Source of the DNA: Octopus bimaculoides
Lineage: Eukaryota
NCBI RefSeq assembly: GCF_001194135.2
Contig: NC_068990.1
Span: 5,355,143 to 5,419,142, forward strand
Reading direction: 5' to 3'
Length of the DNA: 64,000 bases
The notes below the pieces were generated by a model. It was given only the letters and a program-made list of their open reading frames with translations, was not told where the DNA came from and did not search any database. Numbering within the stretch: position 1 is the stretch's first letter; each line of letters begins with the position of its first letter. This document shows positions 51,427 through 64,000 of the stretch, piece by piece. A program made the position numbers and the translations under genes.

Positions 51427-54400
51427 GGAACACAGAAAGAAACAAGGAGAGAAAAAAAATGTGTGTAGTGGTTAGTGATCTATCATGGTGAATGGGAGAA
51501 GAAAATCAAAACAAAGAAAGAAAAGAGGAAGATGGAACAAATAGAGAGAAAGTGGGGAGAAAGGGAGAAGAGAAGGTGAAAGGAGAAAAGCCAGGATGAC
51601 TGATGGTCTTCAATAAACAACTTGTGCCTCAGAGGGTAACCATCTAGGTGCAATCCCATGGTCATTCATGACTAAATGGGGTCTTTACCCTTTACCACAT
51701 ATATACATATATAATTGGCAAATTACAAAATGTAAGGCTTTACAATACAAGTAGCTTCAAACATGGCCCTTAATACGCAGAAATTTAAAAACAGAAACAT
51801 CCTTATTCTTCAATGCTATAAATATCAAATTATGAGTAAGCTTTCCTTTACAATATAATGAATTATTAACATGACTATTGAAATAGAACAAATACAAGTT
51901 TTTCTCAAAAATGGAAGCAAGTAAAATTCTAAATACACATTTATATATTAATAAATGCTTTGGCAATGGTTGCCAATCCTCTTGTAAAATAATTTTGAAT
52001 GTGTCAAAGATGTAATATATTTGACCTCCACAGAGAATTAGCAGTAACTTTTGTAATATATACGCATAAATAAAGAAAGCAAAACCTTTTGTAAAATACA
52101 CTGCAATACATGAAAACATTTTGTAAATGTCATTGTAAAATTGAATTTTTAATTTAGGAATATATTCTTCTTTTTTTCCATCTAAATTATATTTATATAT
52201 AATTTTATAATCAAATGGGAAATTAACATTTTCTCTTTCTAGAAATTGAATTATATAATGAAAAAAGAAACTACAGTAATTTCCTCTGAAATTTACTTAA
52301 AAAGAACTAGGATCCCTAAGGATTCTGCCTTCAAAAGTTAGGAAAATATAAATATCTTTGCTTGAAGATTTTCAATATCTCAATGACAGAGGCAGGGAAA
52401 ATATGTGAAATTTATACACAGTATTTTTGAAAAATTTGATCAACAGAAAGTTTCAGGTTTTATTGTGAAAACTGGGTGGGTAAAATTTGGTTTCTAATTC
52501 AAATATGAAAGAGATGAAGGATGGTCAGGTAGACAGTCAATGTCAAGTAACCACAACAGGACTAACCTTTTTTATTCCAACCATCTTGTTGATATCACTG
52601 GTTATATAAAAGAAACTTCCTGTATTTTAGTGGGCTAAGTTAAATTTTCATGCATCAAATTTTCTTGCTTCAGCTTTGTAATTCTTTCTACTATAGGCAC
52701 AAGGCCTAAAATGTTGGTCGGGTGGTGCTATATATATATAGGCACAATTCAACTTTGTAATTATATGGGCACAAAGGGGGGAGGGGATGGGTAGAAGAAG
52801 AAGAAGAAGAAGAAGAAGAAGAAGAAGATTAGCAGCAGCTGCAACAATAACAGCAACAACAGTAGGCTCAATTGCCTCATTTTTACCTATCAGACAAAGT
52901 ATGCTGTATTTGCAGCGTGAAGAGCATCAACTGGAAAATTCATCGTTCCAAAAAAGAAAAAAAAATTCTCTGCTAACCGAATGAAAATGGACATAAAGCA
53001 TCAAAGAGAAAGTGCAGAAGGGCCTAAATCAAACAAGATCACACAACTGCACCGTTAGCTTAGTTTATCTAGCTGCATTTTGAATTCAAACATTGTTTGA
53101 GTGAGCGTTTATCCCTTATCCATCCAGAGTAGATAAAAAAAATATCAGTAATATACTGTATTGATTTATCTAAATATACCAAAATCTCCATGAAAACTGG
53201 TGCATTCTTGAAGTAAGAAATCAATAATTATTGATATCTGATGGATACTCTGATAAAACCTCTCTGTTAAAAAAAAAGTATGTTGTGGACAATTTTAAAG
53301 TAAATTATATAACGCTTTTCTTATATTTCCACTCAAAAAAAAAACTGATTTTCTTTTGAAACTACCTTTAGTTATGGTTGATTGATTCAATTGACTATTC
53401 AATCGTAACAAAATTCCATTTTCATAATCAACTAAAATATCAGCTACATTAGCAGCATGCAATCACCATCATCAGCATCATCATCATCATCATCATCATC
53501 ATCATAACCATCATCATCATCATTATCATCATCATCATCATCATTATCATCATCACAATTATCATCATCATTTGCTGCTGCTGCTGCTGCTATGACCTCT
53601 TAGAGTAGGTAACTCTTCTGAGCTCTCTGCAGATTCATTCAAATGAGTTCGTTTTCCAGCTTTTGAGACATTGCAGACATTGCCATTGGCCTCTCACAAC
53701 TGTTTCACGATGAAACGTAACCAGTTCTCTGAAAGCGAGGAAGAAAACAAAGCAAAGTAAACATCTGTACATGTCGAATACTTTATTCAACTTAAAAAGA
53801 TGAAAGACAAAGATGGCCTTAGCAGGATTTGAATTCTGAGAATCACAACAAATATTACAAGGTTTTGTATACAACACTCCAATGAGACACAGCTATATAT
53901 ATATATATGTACACACACACATACACACACGTAAATGTTGAACAATGAACATGAGTGCTCAACAAAGCATTGGTGGATAAAAAGGCTACCATTGGTGTCA
54001 TGTAAAAAATATCTTGACAATTATTGAAGCCAATCATAAAGAAAAATTGTTGAGGTATTTCTTAACATGAAACCAATGGTAGCCTTAATACACTAATATA
54101 TATATATATGATAGGCTTGACAGGGCATATAGTATACAGCTCCATTACACTATTCCTATTTTAGTATATATTTTTCAATGGTATTTGGCATAGCTCCAAG
54201 TGCATTCAATACAAGTAGAAAGAAATTTCTAAAAAGGCAATTAAACTTGAAATTATTAATAGTTTTTATAACAAAAGTGATTTTTGTTTATTTATGTCAT
54301 GTCTGATAAATAGTGATAAAGCATAATGCAGAATTTTATAAACTATGATAGTAATATCTAAACTTTAGCATATGCCTACTGATTTTGAAGGATGGTATAA

Positions 54401-56289
54401 TCAACAAAATCAACTGGTATTTTGCTGTTGCAGTGGTTGTTTTCATAGTTGAATCTAAGATCAGCCCTGGTTTAGTGGACCTGCAATCATAGCCATTTCA
54501 GCTGCAATTATTCAATTTTTGTTTAAGATACCTTTTTGGTTTTGTGGTACTTTGGGAAGAAAAAATTACTGGTGTCTGTTGGATGGAAATTTTTTAAAAA
54601 AATGTTTTAAAGTTAAAACTTTAAAGAAAGTAGAAAACCATTTTCATCTTTTGTTGTTTATATGTTTTAGTCATTGAACTGCAGTCATACTGGAGCAGTG
54701 TCTTGAATAGTTTTAGCTGAACAGATCAATCCCAGCACTTATCTTTTAAGTCTGGTATTTCTTCTATTGGTCTCTTTTGCTGAACCAATAAGGGATGTAA
54801 ACACTGTACATATTTCTCCTTCCATTTTCAAGTTGATGTAATGTGACCTGAAAGAAGACATAACTGCTATTTCTTGCAGGTAGAACCACAGCATAGAAGT
54901 TCCCTTGTTAACTTAACTGTTACTTATATCATCAACCCTTGAGGGACAAAAAACAAGGTCAATTGCAGCAGGACTTGACTTTGGAACATAAAGAGATGTA
55001 ACTGGCTGTCTATCGTAAACAATATTCACCAACATTATTCTATTTCTGCCATAGAATGCCCAAGGTATTACTTTAATAGCAAAGGATAGAGAAAAACAAA
55101 TAAGATAACTCTGAACTCTGTGCTTATGTCTGTCTGGATTCTATATTGAGATCATTTCATTTCTCATACGAATCAAAATTACAATTCGTTTGTTTGTTGT
55201 TCATTTACTTTAACATACAGGCTGAATGGAAAAAAATTATTCTTGGGAAAGGAATGAAAGTTATATTCTATATTGATAGAATAGAGATGAAAATGAAATG
55301 TAATTAAGTAACTGGATCAAACGTTGTTACTGTATCAACCATTTAGATAACAAAAAATAAATAAATAAAACATAAAACTGAATAAATGAAATAAAATAAA
55401 ATCGATATGTTTACAACAGACAAAAGAACAGAAGGTTGAATATTTTGAGTGAGGGAACTGCCATGTTTGACAGATCCCAGTATTTGATGGGCAACTATTT
55501 TACTGATCTGGAGAAGTTTAAAGGCAAAGTCGATTGCGTGAAAAGCGGTGACATTTGTTTACGTTAACTTAGCTAAAAGGCAATACTAATCTAGACAATA
55601 TTCTCTTGGCTATCTATTTCAAATACTTAGTATCCATTAGTCCCCATTATAAATACTTGGCAAGCAAACTATATCGAATGACAGAGCATGACCCTCAATA
55701 ATTCCACAATGGTGAGAGTGACAGTAAATGCCATGGACACTGCTCTTCCTCTAATGAAGAAAAAAAATGAAGTTTACTAAAGCAAGGAATAAACAAAAAG
55801 CTACGTGAGACATAAGGCAATGTCCCATTATATAATACATAACAATTTCATGATGAGCTTCGCGTTCATAGAAGAGCGCATGCTCCAAAAAGGAACATAT
55901 CAGGTAACAAGCAAAATATTATATATCATTTTACTTGTTTCATTCATTGGGCAGAAGCCATGCAAGGGCACTGCTTTGAAGGGTTTAGTCAAACATATTA
56001 ACCCCAGAACTTATTCGTTTTGAGTCTGTAACTTATCCTGAACCACTAAGTAAAGTAAAGCCAGTGCAAGGTTTCCAATACGTGAGAGGGGTATAATCAA
56101 TTTAATGGCTTCCAGCTCTTGCTTACAACTTCTTTTATCAACTTTCAGCAGGATAAAAGGCAGTCAACTCTGGTGCTATTTCAACACAGAAAGCAAAGAC
56201 ACGCATCTACTTACAACGATGAGTTTTTCCCAACACTTGTCTGTTTCTGCTAAAGCAACGCCTTCATCTAAGTATAAATATTGGTTTTA

Positions 56290-56480
56290 AAGTTTGGCAC
56301 AAGACCAGTAGTTTAGGGGAAGGGGGTTATCTATTACTTCGACTTCAGTGTTCGATCCCGAAAGAATAAAAAAAATTAAGTCGACCTCAGCAGAATTTGA
56401 ACTCAGAACGTACAGATTGACGAAATGCCGCTTAGTTTTTAACCTGGTGTGCTAATGGTTTTGTCAACTCGCCGCCCTCG
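56290..56480 (-). mobile_element. SINE family A retaining CpGs
   Basis: gtcgacctcagcagaatttgaactcagaacgt...gacgaaatgccgc...caactcgccgcc. Confidence 0.75.
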
Positions 56481-57784
56481 TCTTATCTATAAATATTAAT
56501 GTATATTACATCTATAACGTAGATGTTGATAGTCTGTAAAATTATAATTTCATACACAAAAATCATCTCAGACATTTAAACATTTGATCTATTTTCTCTT
56601 CATACTTTGATTATCGCTAAGCCACGTGTACGATTACAGATATTCTTCTTCTCCTTTATTGATAACGTTCATTACAAGTAATAAATGTCAACCGTTACAA
56701 CCAGCCATCTGCTCATATATCTGGTATAACGTGCTGAAGACGATTCAGTCCAAATTATCAAGATCCAGTGAGATAGTGCTAAACTCCAGTATTGTGATGT
56801 TAAACAGATGAGAGATAAATCTCCCGTGTATTATAGGATGCTGGACGATTGTAAGTCGTTTTATTCATGATATAAATTAAGCTTAGCGATAAAGGCCATT
56901 GAACTGCTTACTAATTCCACAGTTGTGATACTGTTTATACAGTTGAACTATCTTGCTTAGAGTCAAATATACCGATTTATTAAAAGTTAGGTGCCTTAAC
57001 TATGGATACTATGTAGAATATAAACAGTCAGCCCTTCGATATCTTTCTTAGGTTTTCCAAGCTTCTTATACAGGATAGCATTCCGCCATGACCGAGCATG
57101 GGTTGCAGTACTCGTTGAGCTCATTACTAAAGTACAGATCGTGGTAAATATTTTATGGAAAATTAGCAGTTTACATTGCGAGTCTCAAGTTTTCCATCTC
57201 TTCGTCACTGACATGTACCAAGGGAACAGTGAGATTGACACAGCTTATCCGTAGTGTTATCACAGATATTGACATCAAAATATAAAGAGCTGGAACAGAA
57301 ACTGCAAAGTGTCCCATCCAAGGCTGTAACAGGTGCACCAATCCACTGCACTTGTTGGGTATTTTTTTATCGACACCTAAAAGACGAACGGCAAACTGGA
57401 TCTTGATGGGTAAGAGATTTGCACTTAGACTGCAGAGAGACGAAGCAAATAAAGTGAGGCATTCTATCTGATGCTCTGTCAACTCTCCATAGTCACTATC
57501 TACGAGACGTCTAATAACTCAATAGGTTCACATCTTCAACAGATCACCAACTTACAGTTATGCACATCCTCTTTTCTCAGAATTTCTGAAAAGAAAATGA
57601 AAATACTAAGCGATATGTACTATTTTTCTTTTCCTCTAATTAATAAAGCATTAAAGTTCAGCGAATATCTGTACATTAATCGAGGCTCTGGCTTCGGCCG
57701 AGGACCGAACATGTTTCAACAGTTCCTTTCTTATTTGAGAAGGTTACTTACAAGATTTTGTGATTCTGTTTTGTATGTAATCAT

Positions 57785-57845
<61 letters not shown>

Positions 57846-57919
57846 AGCTTTAGCCAAGTGATGGCACACACCCTCATTCCCTGCTGAAGTTGGCAGCTGC
57901 AAATTTCCAGTAAGATCGG

Positions 57920-58200
57920 TGTGCTATTATCTGCAGAAGTTTAATGTGGAACCCAGACATTTGAAGAAATCCACCGAGAAGATAGGCATGGCAGCTGAAA
58001 CCAGCCCAAGGGTGGCTATGGTCAACACGAGGTCACAAGTGGAACCCTTCCGCAGGCAAAGATTACTCCAGGTCTTACTGTCCCACTCAGGCGATGCACA
58101 CGGGTTAAGGACCGAAATATTTGTGACCCTGAGATGCCTGCTGATGATACGGAAGGGTTTCTGATATGGGGATAGATTCAGAAGAAGAGCTAGTAATACC
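57920..58200 (+). mobile_element. Possible Gypsy pol 3' end remnant
   Basis: GC-rich island reading ..RHLKK.. and ..PLRRCTRVK.. (compare RRNRRHL and PLRRSTR at integrase C-termini), followed by a purine-rich tract. Confidence 0.3.
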
Positions 58201-58352
58201 CCCGAGAGGTTCCTGCGTGGGGCAAAACATCTCTCACGTTTATTTCACCTTTAATTATTACCATGTATTTTTGGAATGGATCTCGAAGCACACATACATC
58301 TATAAATAATAGCATGTAAGTATTAGGTTGAAAAACCCTCTCTGGATAAAAA

Positions 58353-58455
58353 AAAAAGTCTGGCTGCCTGTGAGACTCGGATTCACGTCTGTAGAACGTT
58401 TGTTATGTCTACAGGAGATGTGAGTTCTAATCCCACGGGCAGCCCCCGACTTTTT
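58353..58455. repeat. About 100-bp foldback whose 3' half is tRNA-like
   Basis: ggctgcctgtg/cacgggcagcc, ggattcacgtct/agatgtgagttc and gtaga/tctac stems, with a T-loop-like gagttctaatccc. Confidence 0.75.
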
Positions 58456-60359
58456 ATACCCAAAAGGTGTTTTTCAATTCAATATTTACATGCTACTATT
58501 CATAACCTTATTTGTGTTTCGAGAGCCATTCCAAAGGAGAATTATTTCATGTTCTGTAAAAAGTTTATAAATTCTTATCACGTCAATGACCATTTATATT
58601 TTGGCAAACTCTACTTGACTTTACCTCCCCGTTGCCTTCTTGCCATAATACTAATAGAGGACTGAGTGAATTCGATTGATGAATATTTTTCTCTACAAAT
58701 GTGTAAGACTTGTGCCCATTAGAAGATAATCAATATTTACAGCTTTTAATGATATTTATGAGTGATAAGATTAATCAGTTGGTCATTACCCAAATTAATA
58801 AACCTCGTTATTTAGATGTGATATTTATCACCTCCCATTCGTTCTATCACTTTCATATTCTTAAACCTGGCCTTAACAGCAGTTAAAAGAACTACGCGTT
58901 TACAGAACCATCAAATCTTAATTCACAAATGCTAAGACACGTAAATCCAAATACCCAGTATGCAGCAATTTAACTGCGAAAATAAATATAGTTTCTTTTT
59001 CTTTATTGTTTTATCCATTAGATTATTTGCAAGAAAGTATATAAACTAACCAAGAAACAAATATTTGGGGAAAAATAAGAACTACTTAGCGCAACCCAAA
59101 TATTCTATAGAAAGAAAAAATCCAAGATACATACAGGATGCATACGTACGAACATATAAGCAAACAGCCACACAGACACATCCATATAATTATATATATA
59201 TATGTATGTATGTATGTATGAATGTATGTATGTATGTATGTATGTATGTATGCATATACGTATATATGTATATATAAAATGTGTATATAATCTATAATAT
59301 ACGTTTGTATGTGTATATGTCTAATATACACAACTTTTCATCTTTCTCATAAATACATGCATATATATGTGTGTGTGTAGGTAGGTAGTTATGCATGCAT
59401 ATAAAGATGGATATATATATATATACACATTCATACACATGCGTTGCATACATACATACAATTATGTTATGAAAAACGACATTTATCCAAGACGAAAACA
59501 GAATCCAATATTCAGATATAATTAACTGACACTAAATCAAGTTGTTGAATCAATACCAAGGGAACTGCAAAATCGTTCGAGTCTGATAAAATGATATTTC
59601 TTGAATAATGTATGACTATAGGGTTGAACCATTCATTATCCAGAAGGTATTTGGGAACAAAATAAATTGCTACTTTTTCATAGATGCAAGAGAAACTTCT
59701 ACTCATTTAGTCAATTACTCAATTAGAAATTTTGTAAAAGAGGTTGAAAGTTGATTGAATTATATTTGTGATATCTTCTGGTTCCGTTCTGCTACTTACT
59801 GAGTTCAAAATCTATTGAGGTAAATATTAAAATGTGTACCAGTTGTGCACTGCGCTAATTTTGATTGAATATATCCTTTCTCTTCCACATTAGCGATCTC
59901 GTTTAATGGCAGTCTCTCGAGGCCAAGAAAGACAGTTCTGGAATTTTGTGCAGTTGATTTGTTTCCAGTGACCAAACATTTGTGTTGCACGTAAGTTCAC
60001 TTCTCCATCAAATCGACACGACCTGTACAGATACACGGTGTAGTGTGTCACCCGTCAGAAGTGATCGCAGAACAGCGTGAGATGAAGTGTTTTGCTCAAG
60101 AAAACAACGTGCCGCCTGGTCCAAGAATTGTATTCACAATCTCATGATCAAAAGTGTAACACCCTAAACACTACACTACGCACCCACACAGGAACATCAT
60201 ACAAAATAATAAGTCTATCCTGTAATTATTTTATATCGGAACGGGTAAATAATACTGGCTTTAGTTACTGATTCCAGCAGACCAATCACTGACATCAACG
60301 AGACAAGGAAGTGTGACTTTCTCATCTGATTTCTCACCGATGTTATTGAAGAAAGATAT

Positions 60360-60720
60360 ACTGAGTGGCTCCATAGTAAGAAGTTTGCTTCTCAACCACA
60401 TGGTTCCGGGTTCAATCCCACTGCGTGGCACCTTGAACGTGTGTCTTTTACTATAGCCTCAGGCCGACCGAAGCCTTGTCAGTGGATTTGGTTGACGCAA
60501 ACTGAAACACGTTGAGTGTGTGTGTGTGTCCATCATCGCTTGACAACCGATGTTGATGTGTTTACGTCCCAGTCACTTAGCGGTTCGGCCTAAGTGACCG
60601 ATACAATAAGTACAAAACTTAAAAACGTAAGTACCGGGTTCGATTTATTCGACTAAAAAATTGAAGGCGGTGCCCCAACATGACCTCAGTCTAATGACGG
60701 AAACAACCAAAAGAATAGAA
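60360..60720 (+). mobile_element. SINE family B, near full length, CpG-retaining
   Basis: aagtttgcttctcaaccacatggttccgggttcaatcccactgcgtggcacc...tgacggaaacaacc. Confidence 0.8.
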
Positions 60721-61314
60721 TCCCATACATACATACAAACATGCACATACATACTAACATGCACTCACAAAGGCGTAGCAAAGGGAAGATAGTGAAAAGG
60801 CGGACATCCTCAGAGGCATTGTGAAAAAGCGCAAAATTTCCTCTTGTTTTTTATGCCCAATTGTTAAATTTGTCTTTGCTCTCTGGCTCTAAGAACTCTC
60901 ACTATTCTAAGTCATTGAGCCAGAATATTCTTGCCCAATGTATCAAATAGTGGAATCACCAGACGTATTTATGAAGTGAAATTCTTGACCACGCAACCAT
61001 GCTTGTGCCGTTAGACGACATAGGGTAGCATGGCCGTGTTTTGGGAATGTGGAATAGAGGCATATTATAAGATAATTGTTGACGTTGTGTATCCTTAGGA
61101 AACACTGCTTGAATGGATGCTTAGTACAGCCTCTAGATCTAGCACCCGGTATAAGTAATTATACAAGACCGAGCGTATTTAGCTAGGGATCAAAGTACAG
61201 CATAAGATCAACATTTCAACTACTGCTGTCCTGTTTTTACTATGACACACGAATACTCAAGATTAGGGAGTTACAACATATGGTCTTCATTTTGAAGATA
61301 TGGCTTTATTGAAT

Positions 61315-61410
61315 TACATTATTTACATTTAACGCATGTTTGTCCTCAATTTGTTTGTTGTTAACAACAAACATGTTGAGGACAAACATCCGTCAAATGT
61401 AAATAATGTA
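61315..61410. repeat. 96-bp near-perfect palindrome
   Basis: tacattatttacattt..tgtttgtcctcaa..ttgttgtt|aacaacaa..ttgaggacaaaca..aaatgtaaataatgta. Confidence 0.85.
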
Positions 61411-63419
61411 CATAATTCCTCATCTCTTCAATATAGAACTGTATTTATTGAATTATCTAACCCGATTCCTTCTAGAAATAAATTCAATCAATAAGAAACG
61501 GGTTATACGCAGTTATATATTTTAAGAAGTGTGACATGGTGAATATATGAGAGAATTAATTACAAAAAACTAAAACAACGACTAAGGAATAATAACTATT
61601 GCATCGACCATATATGGCATGGGTGAAGGTACATAGCGTTGTGATCAAGGGATTCAGTTGCTGAACCGGGAAATATGTTGTCTTAGAGAAAGGCATTTCA
61701 TTTCATGTTATTCCAGTCTATTGAACTGTAATGAGCTCCAGCTGGGTGCTTTGGCACTCCTTCTTCCTCCAGATGTTCCGCTGGGTCAAGGGTGCAGGTG
61801 CCAGAAGGGCTTCTATGTCAGCTCGTGACTACTACGGCACTTAAAACACGTTTTAGTGAAAACATAGCACATGATACCAAACGATACCCGTTCGCAAGTG
61901 ACTGCCGACTGAACTTTACTTTACATGGCTCGTAATCATAACTTGGATTGGATCCAATGGAACAAATTGAACAAAACAATTCACAACAATAAGAAAAGCT
62001 CCTACCTATTATAACAAATTAATCATTAGATAGATATACACTTAACAACTTGCAAGGAAGAAAAATAGTTGAAATTCCTATCACAAGCAAACTGAAAATG
62101 CTGATCCGATATTGATGATATTCCTAGTTGCAAGTAAGTAGTTTATGAGACTGAAATTCTGGGGAAGAACAAGCACTGGATTCTAAGACAGATCCAAATA
62201 AATTTATTAATGATCTATGCATATTAACCTTTAGCTAAAAATAGATATCAGAATGCCTGCAGTAATTCTATACGGACACACAACTATTGAATCTTGACTG
62301 TATTGTATTTACACTTAACCGTTAGTTGTCATTGAGATGGAGGTTGTATATACAGTTGTATTGTGAGATGACGTAGTGGTCATGTTAAGGGCAATACTCC
62401 CGTATCAATGGAAAATTAAAGAACACTGTAAGGTTGCATGTAGAACTAAATGGAGTAATAAAAGTATAGGTTAGAGAGTTCTGATAAAGAAGTTCGTTAG
62501 AGAGGGATAGGTGACGAGTACTGATCAACAAGAACATGGAGAGACAAGTGAAGCAAACATAAGTAGGTATTATAAGATTATATATGTGGATATATTACGC
62601 CACAAACACACATACATTTATTTAAGCATTTGTTGAGTATTTGGGGTGAAAAATACGTCATTAAGACTAATTATGATATATTGTATAGAGTATGTCTTGT
62701 TGCCATATGTATATAAACATTCACACACAGACACACGCACGCACACACATATACATGTATATTTTAAAGCTGTACTTGTCTAATATCAAATGCAGTCATA
62801 TGTGTTGAAATTAGAATAGTTACATGATGGAAGAGTAATTTTAAAGCCATTTAAAAACACACAAGAAAACTGCTGCTTTCACTTTTTATCTATTATTTAA
62901 TAACCTTGTCGACTATCTTGGTTTTAAATTTGGATTGTAAGTTTCTCGATGTGAAATTGTATGTTGAAATAAATTTTGTTATAACTTGAGAAGCTCGTTG
63001 TATCAGTAAGAAGCACCATTTCTTTATTACCCACAAGGGGCCAAAACAATAAGAAGCACATGTACTGGTTCTATTTCACTTCTTTTATTTTGTAGCAAAG
63101 CTCAAGAATCAGTGCCATTTTGTACGAGATCTCGCCGGTAGTTATTACCATGTCCGGGACAGGAACGAGATTTCGCCTGCAACCATTTGCCAGCGAGACT
63201 CAGTGGTAATGAACCTCACGTGAGTGGAGCTCTAACGAACCATCCTCTGCCATAAAGATGGTCACTGGGAGCGAGCCACTTGAACGAGAACTAAAAATAA
63301 AAATAAACGACTATTGAATTGCCCTCCGCTTGTAAACTTCTTCGCATTCCCGATCCTTAAGACTACAGAAATAATTATAATGGGAGGAGATACTCGACAG
63401 GTATCACAAGCCTTCAATT

Positions 63420-63580
63420 CCCTTATAATTTTTATTAGTCAATTCAAACGCCGCCCAAATGGACATTGCCTTGCATCCTTTCGTAGTTGATAAAATAAGT
63501 ACCAGTTGAGCACTGGGATCGATGTAATCAACTTACTCCATTCCTAATATTTTTGACCTTGTGCCAAAATTTAAAACTAT
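63420..63580 (+). mobile_element. SINE family A 3' part
   Basis: ...aaataagtaccagttgagcactgggatcgatgtaatc...gaccttgtgccaaaattt. Confidence 0.7.
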
Positions 63581-63773
63581 TATTATTATTGGCTAACTAG
63601 TTAACCACTTAAGCAATTAATAAAATCGATGGCTTGAATAATCGACTGAACAATTAACCGAACAATCGTGGTATAATGAACCTCACAAGATATAATAAAA
63701 CTGTCTACTATGAATGGCAAAAAGTATTACCGTACTTCTCTAATCTGATTACTAACATAGTGTAGTAACTCTG

Positions 63774-63801
63774 TGCGCATGCGTAGTCTCACGCATGCGT
63801 G
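63774..63801. promoter_or_regulatory. Two adjacent NRF1/ewg-like palindromic motifs
   Basis: TGCGCATGCGTA (63774-63785) and CACGCATGCGTG (63790-63801) resemble the consensus YGCGCAYGCGCR. They lie in CpG-retaining DNA. Confidence 0.35.
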
Positions 63802-64000
63802 GAATTCAACAACCAAGCGTTCCCGCTTAATTATATCTCTTTTATGGTCGGCCGACCATGAGCAAGGATGTGTTAAGCTGTCTCTCTACATCTTTCGGAC
63901 TTACAATCGACAGCTCACTTACAACTACAGAACAACGTCCCAACAACTATGCTCATACACACAGAAGCTGTAACAACAAGAACTAAAGATGTATATATTT

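Noticed and set aside
58362-58444. Functional tRNA gene or SECIS element
   Set aside because: It folds as a rod rather than a cloverleaf, lacks a proper D arm, and has no AUGA/GA quartet with an apical AA.
63761-63929. Solo LTR bounded by TGTAGT...ACTACA
   Set aside because: The flanks (catag / gaaca) do not form a target-site duplication. Kept only as one alternative in the findings.

Overview
AT-rich, microsatellite-dense metazoan DNA with five N gaps. The SINE families and (TA)n/(CA)n/(CAT)n mosaics resemble octopus (coleoid cephalopod) genomes; this is recognised from memory, not from a database search. I found no intact, recognisable protein-coding gene. Most ORFs in the track are microsatellite artefacts or fragments of dead transposons: DD34D mariner, DD41D Tc1/mariner, Tc3-like, hAT/Buster, Ty3/Gypsy (Mag-type, with a tRNA-Ser primer-binding site), RLE-type (R4/Dong-like) and RTE LINEs, and Penelope-like RT and GIY-YIG pieces. 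Non-obvious signals: (1) CpG density is about 7-8-fold higher right of a transition zone at about 53-56 kb, which may mark the edge of a large methylated gene body; (2) a few weak minus-strand exon candidates; (3) three degenerate Penelope-type hammerhead ribozyme motifs; (4) a 342-bp foldback and five shorter hairpins; (5) minisatellites that arose inside transposons. Repeat boundaries are approximate (tens of bp) unless a motif is quoted.
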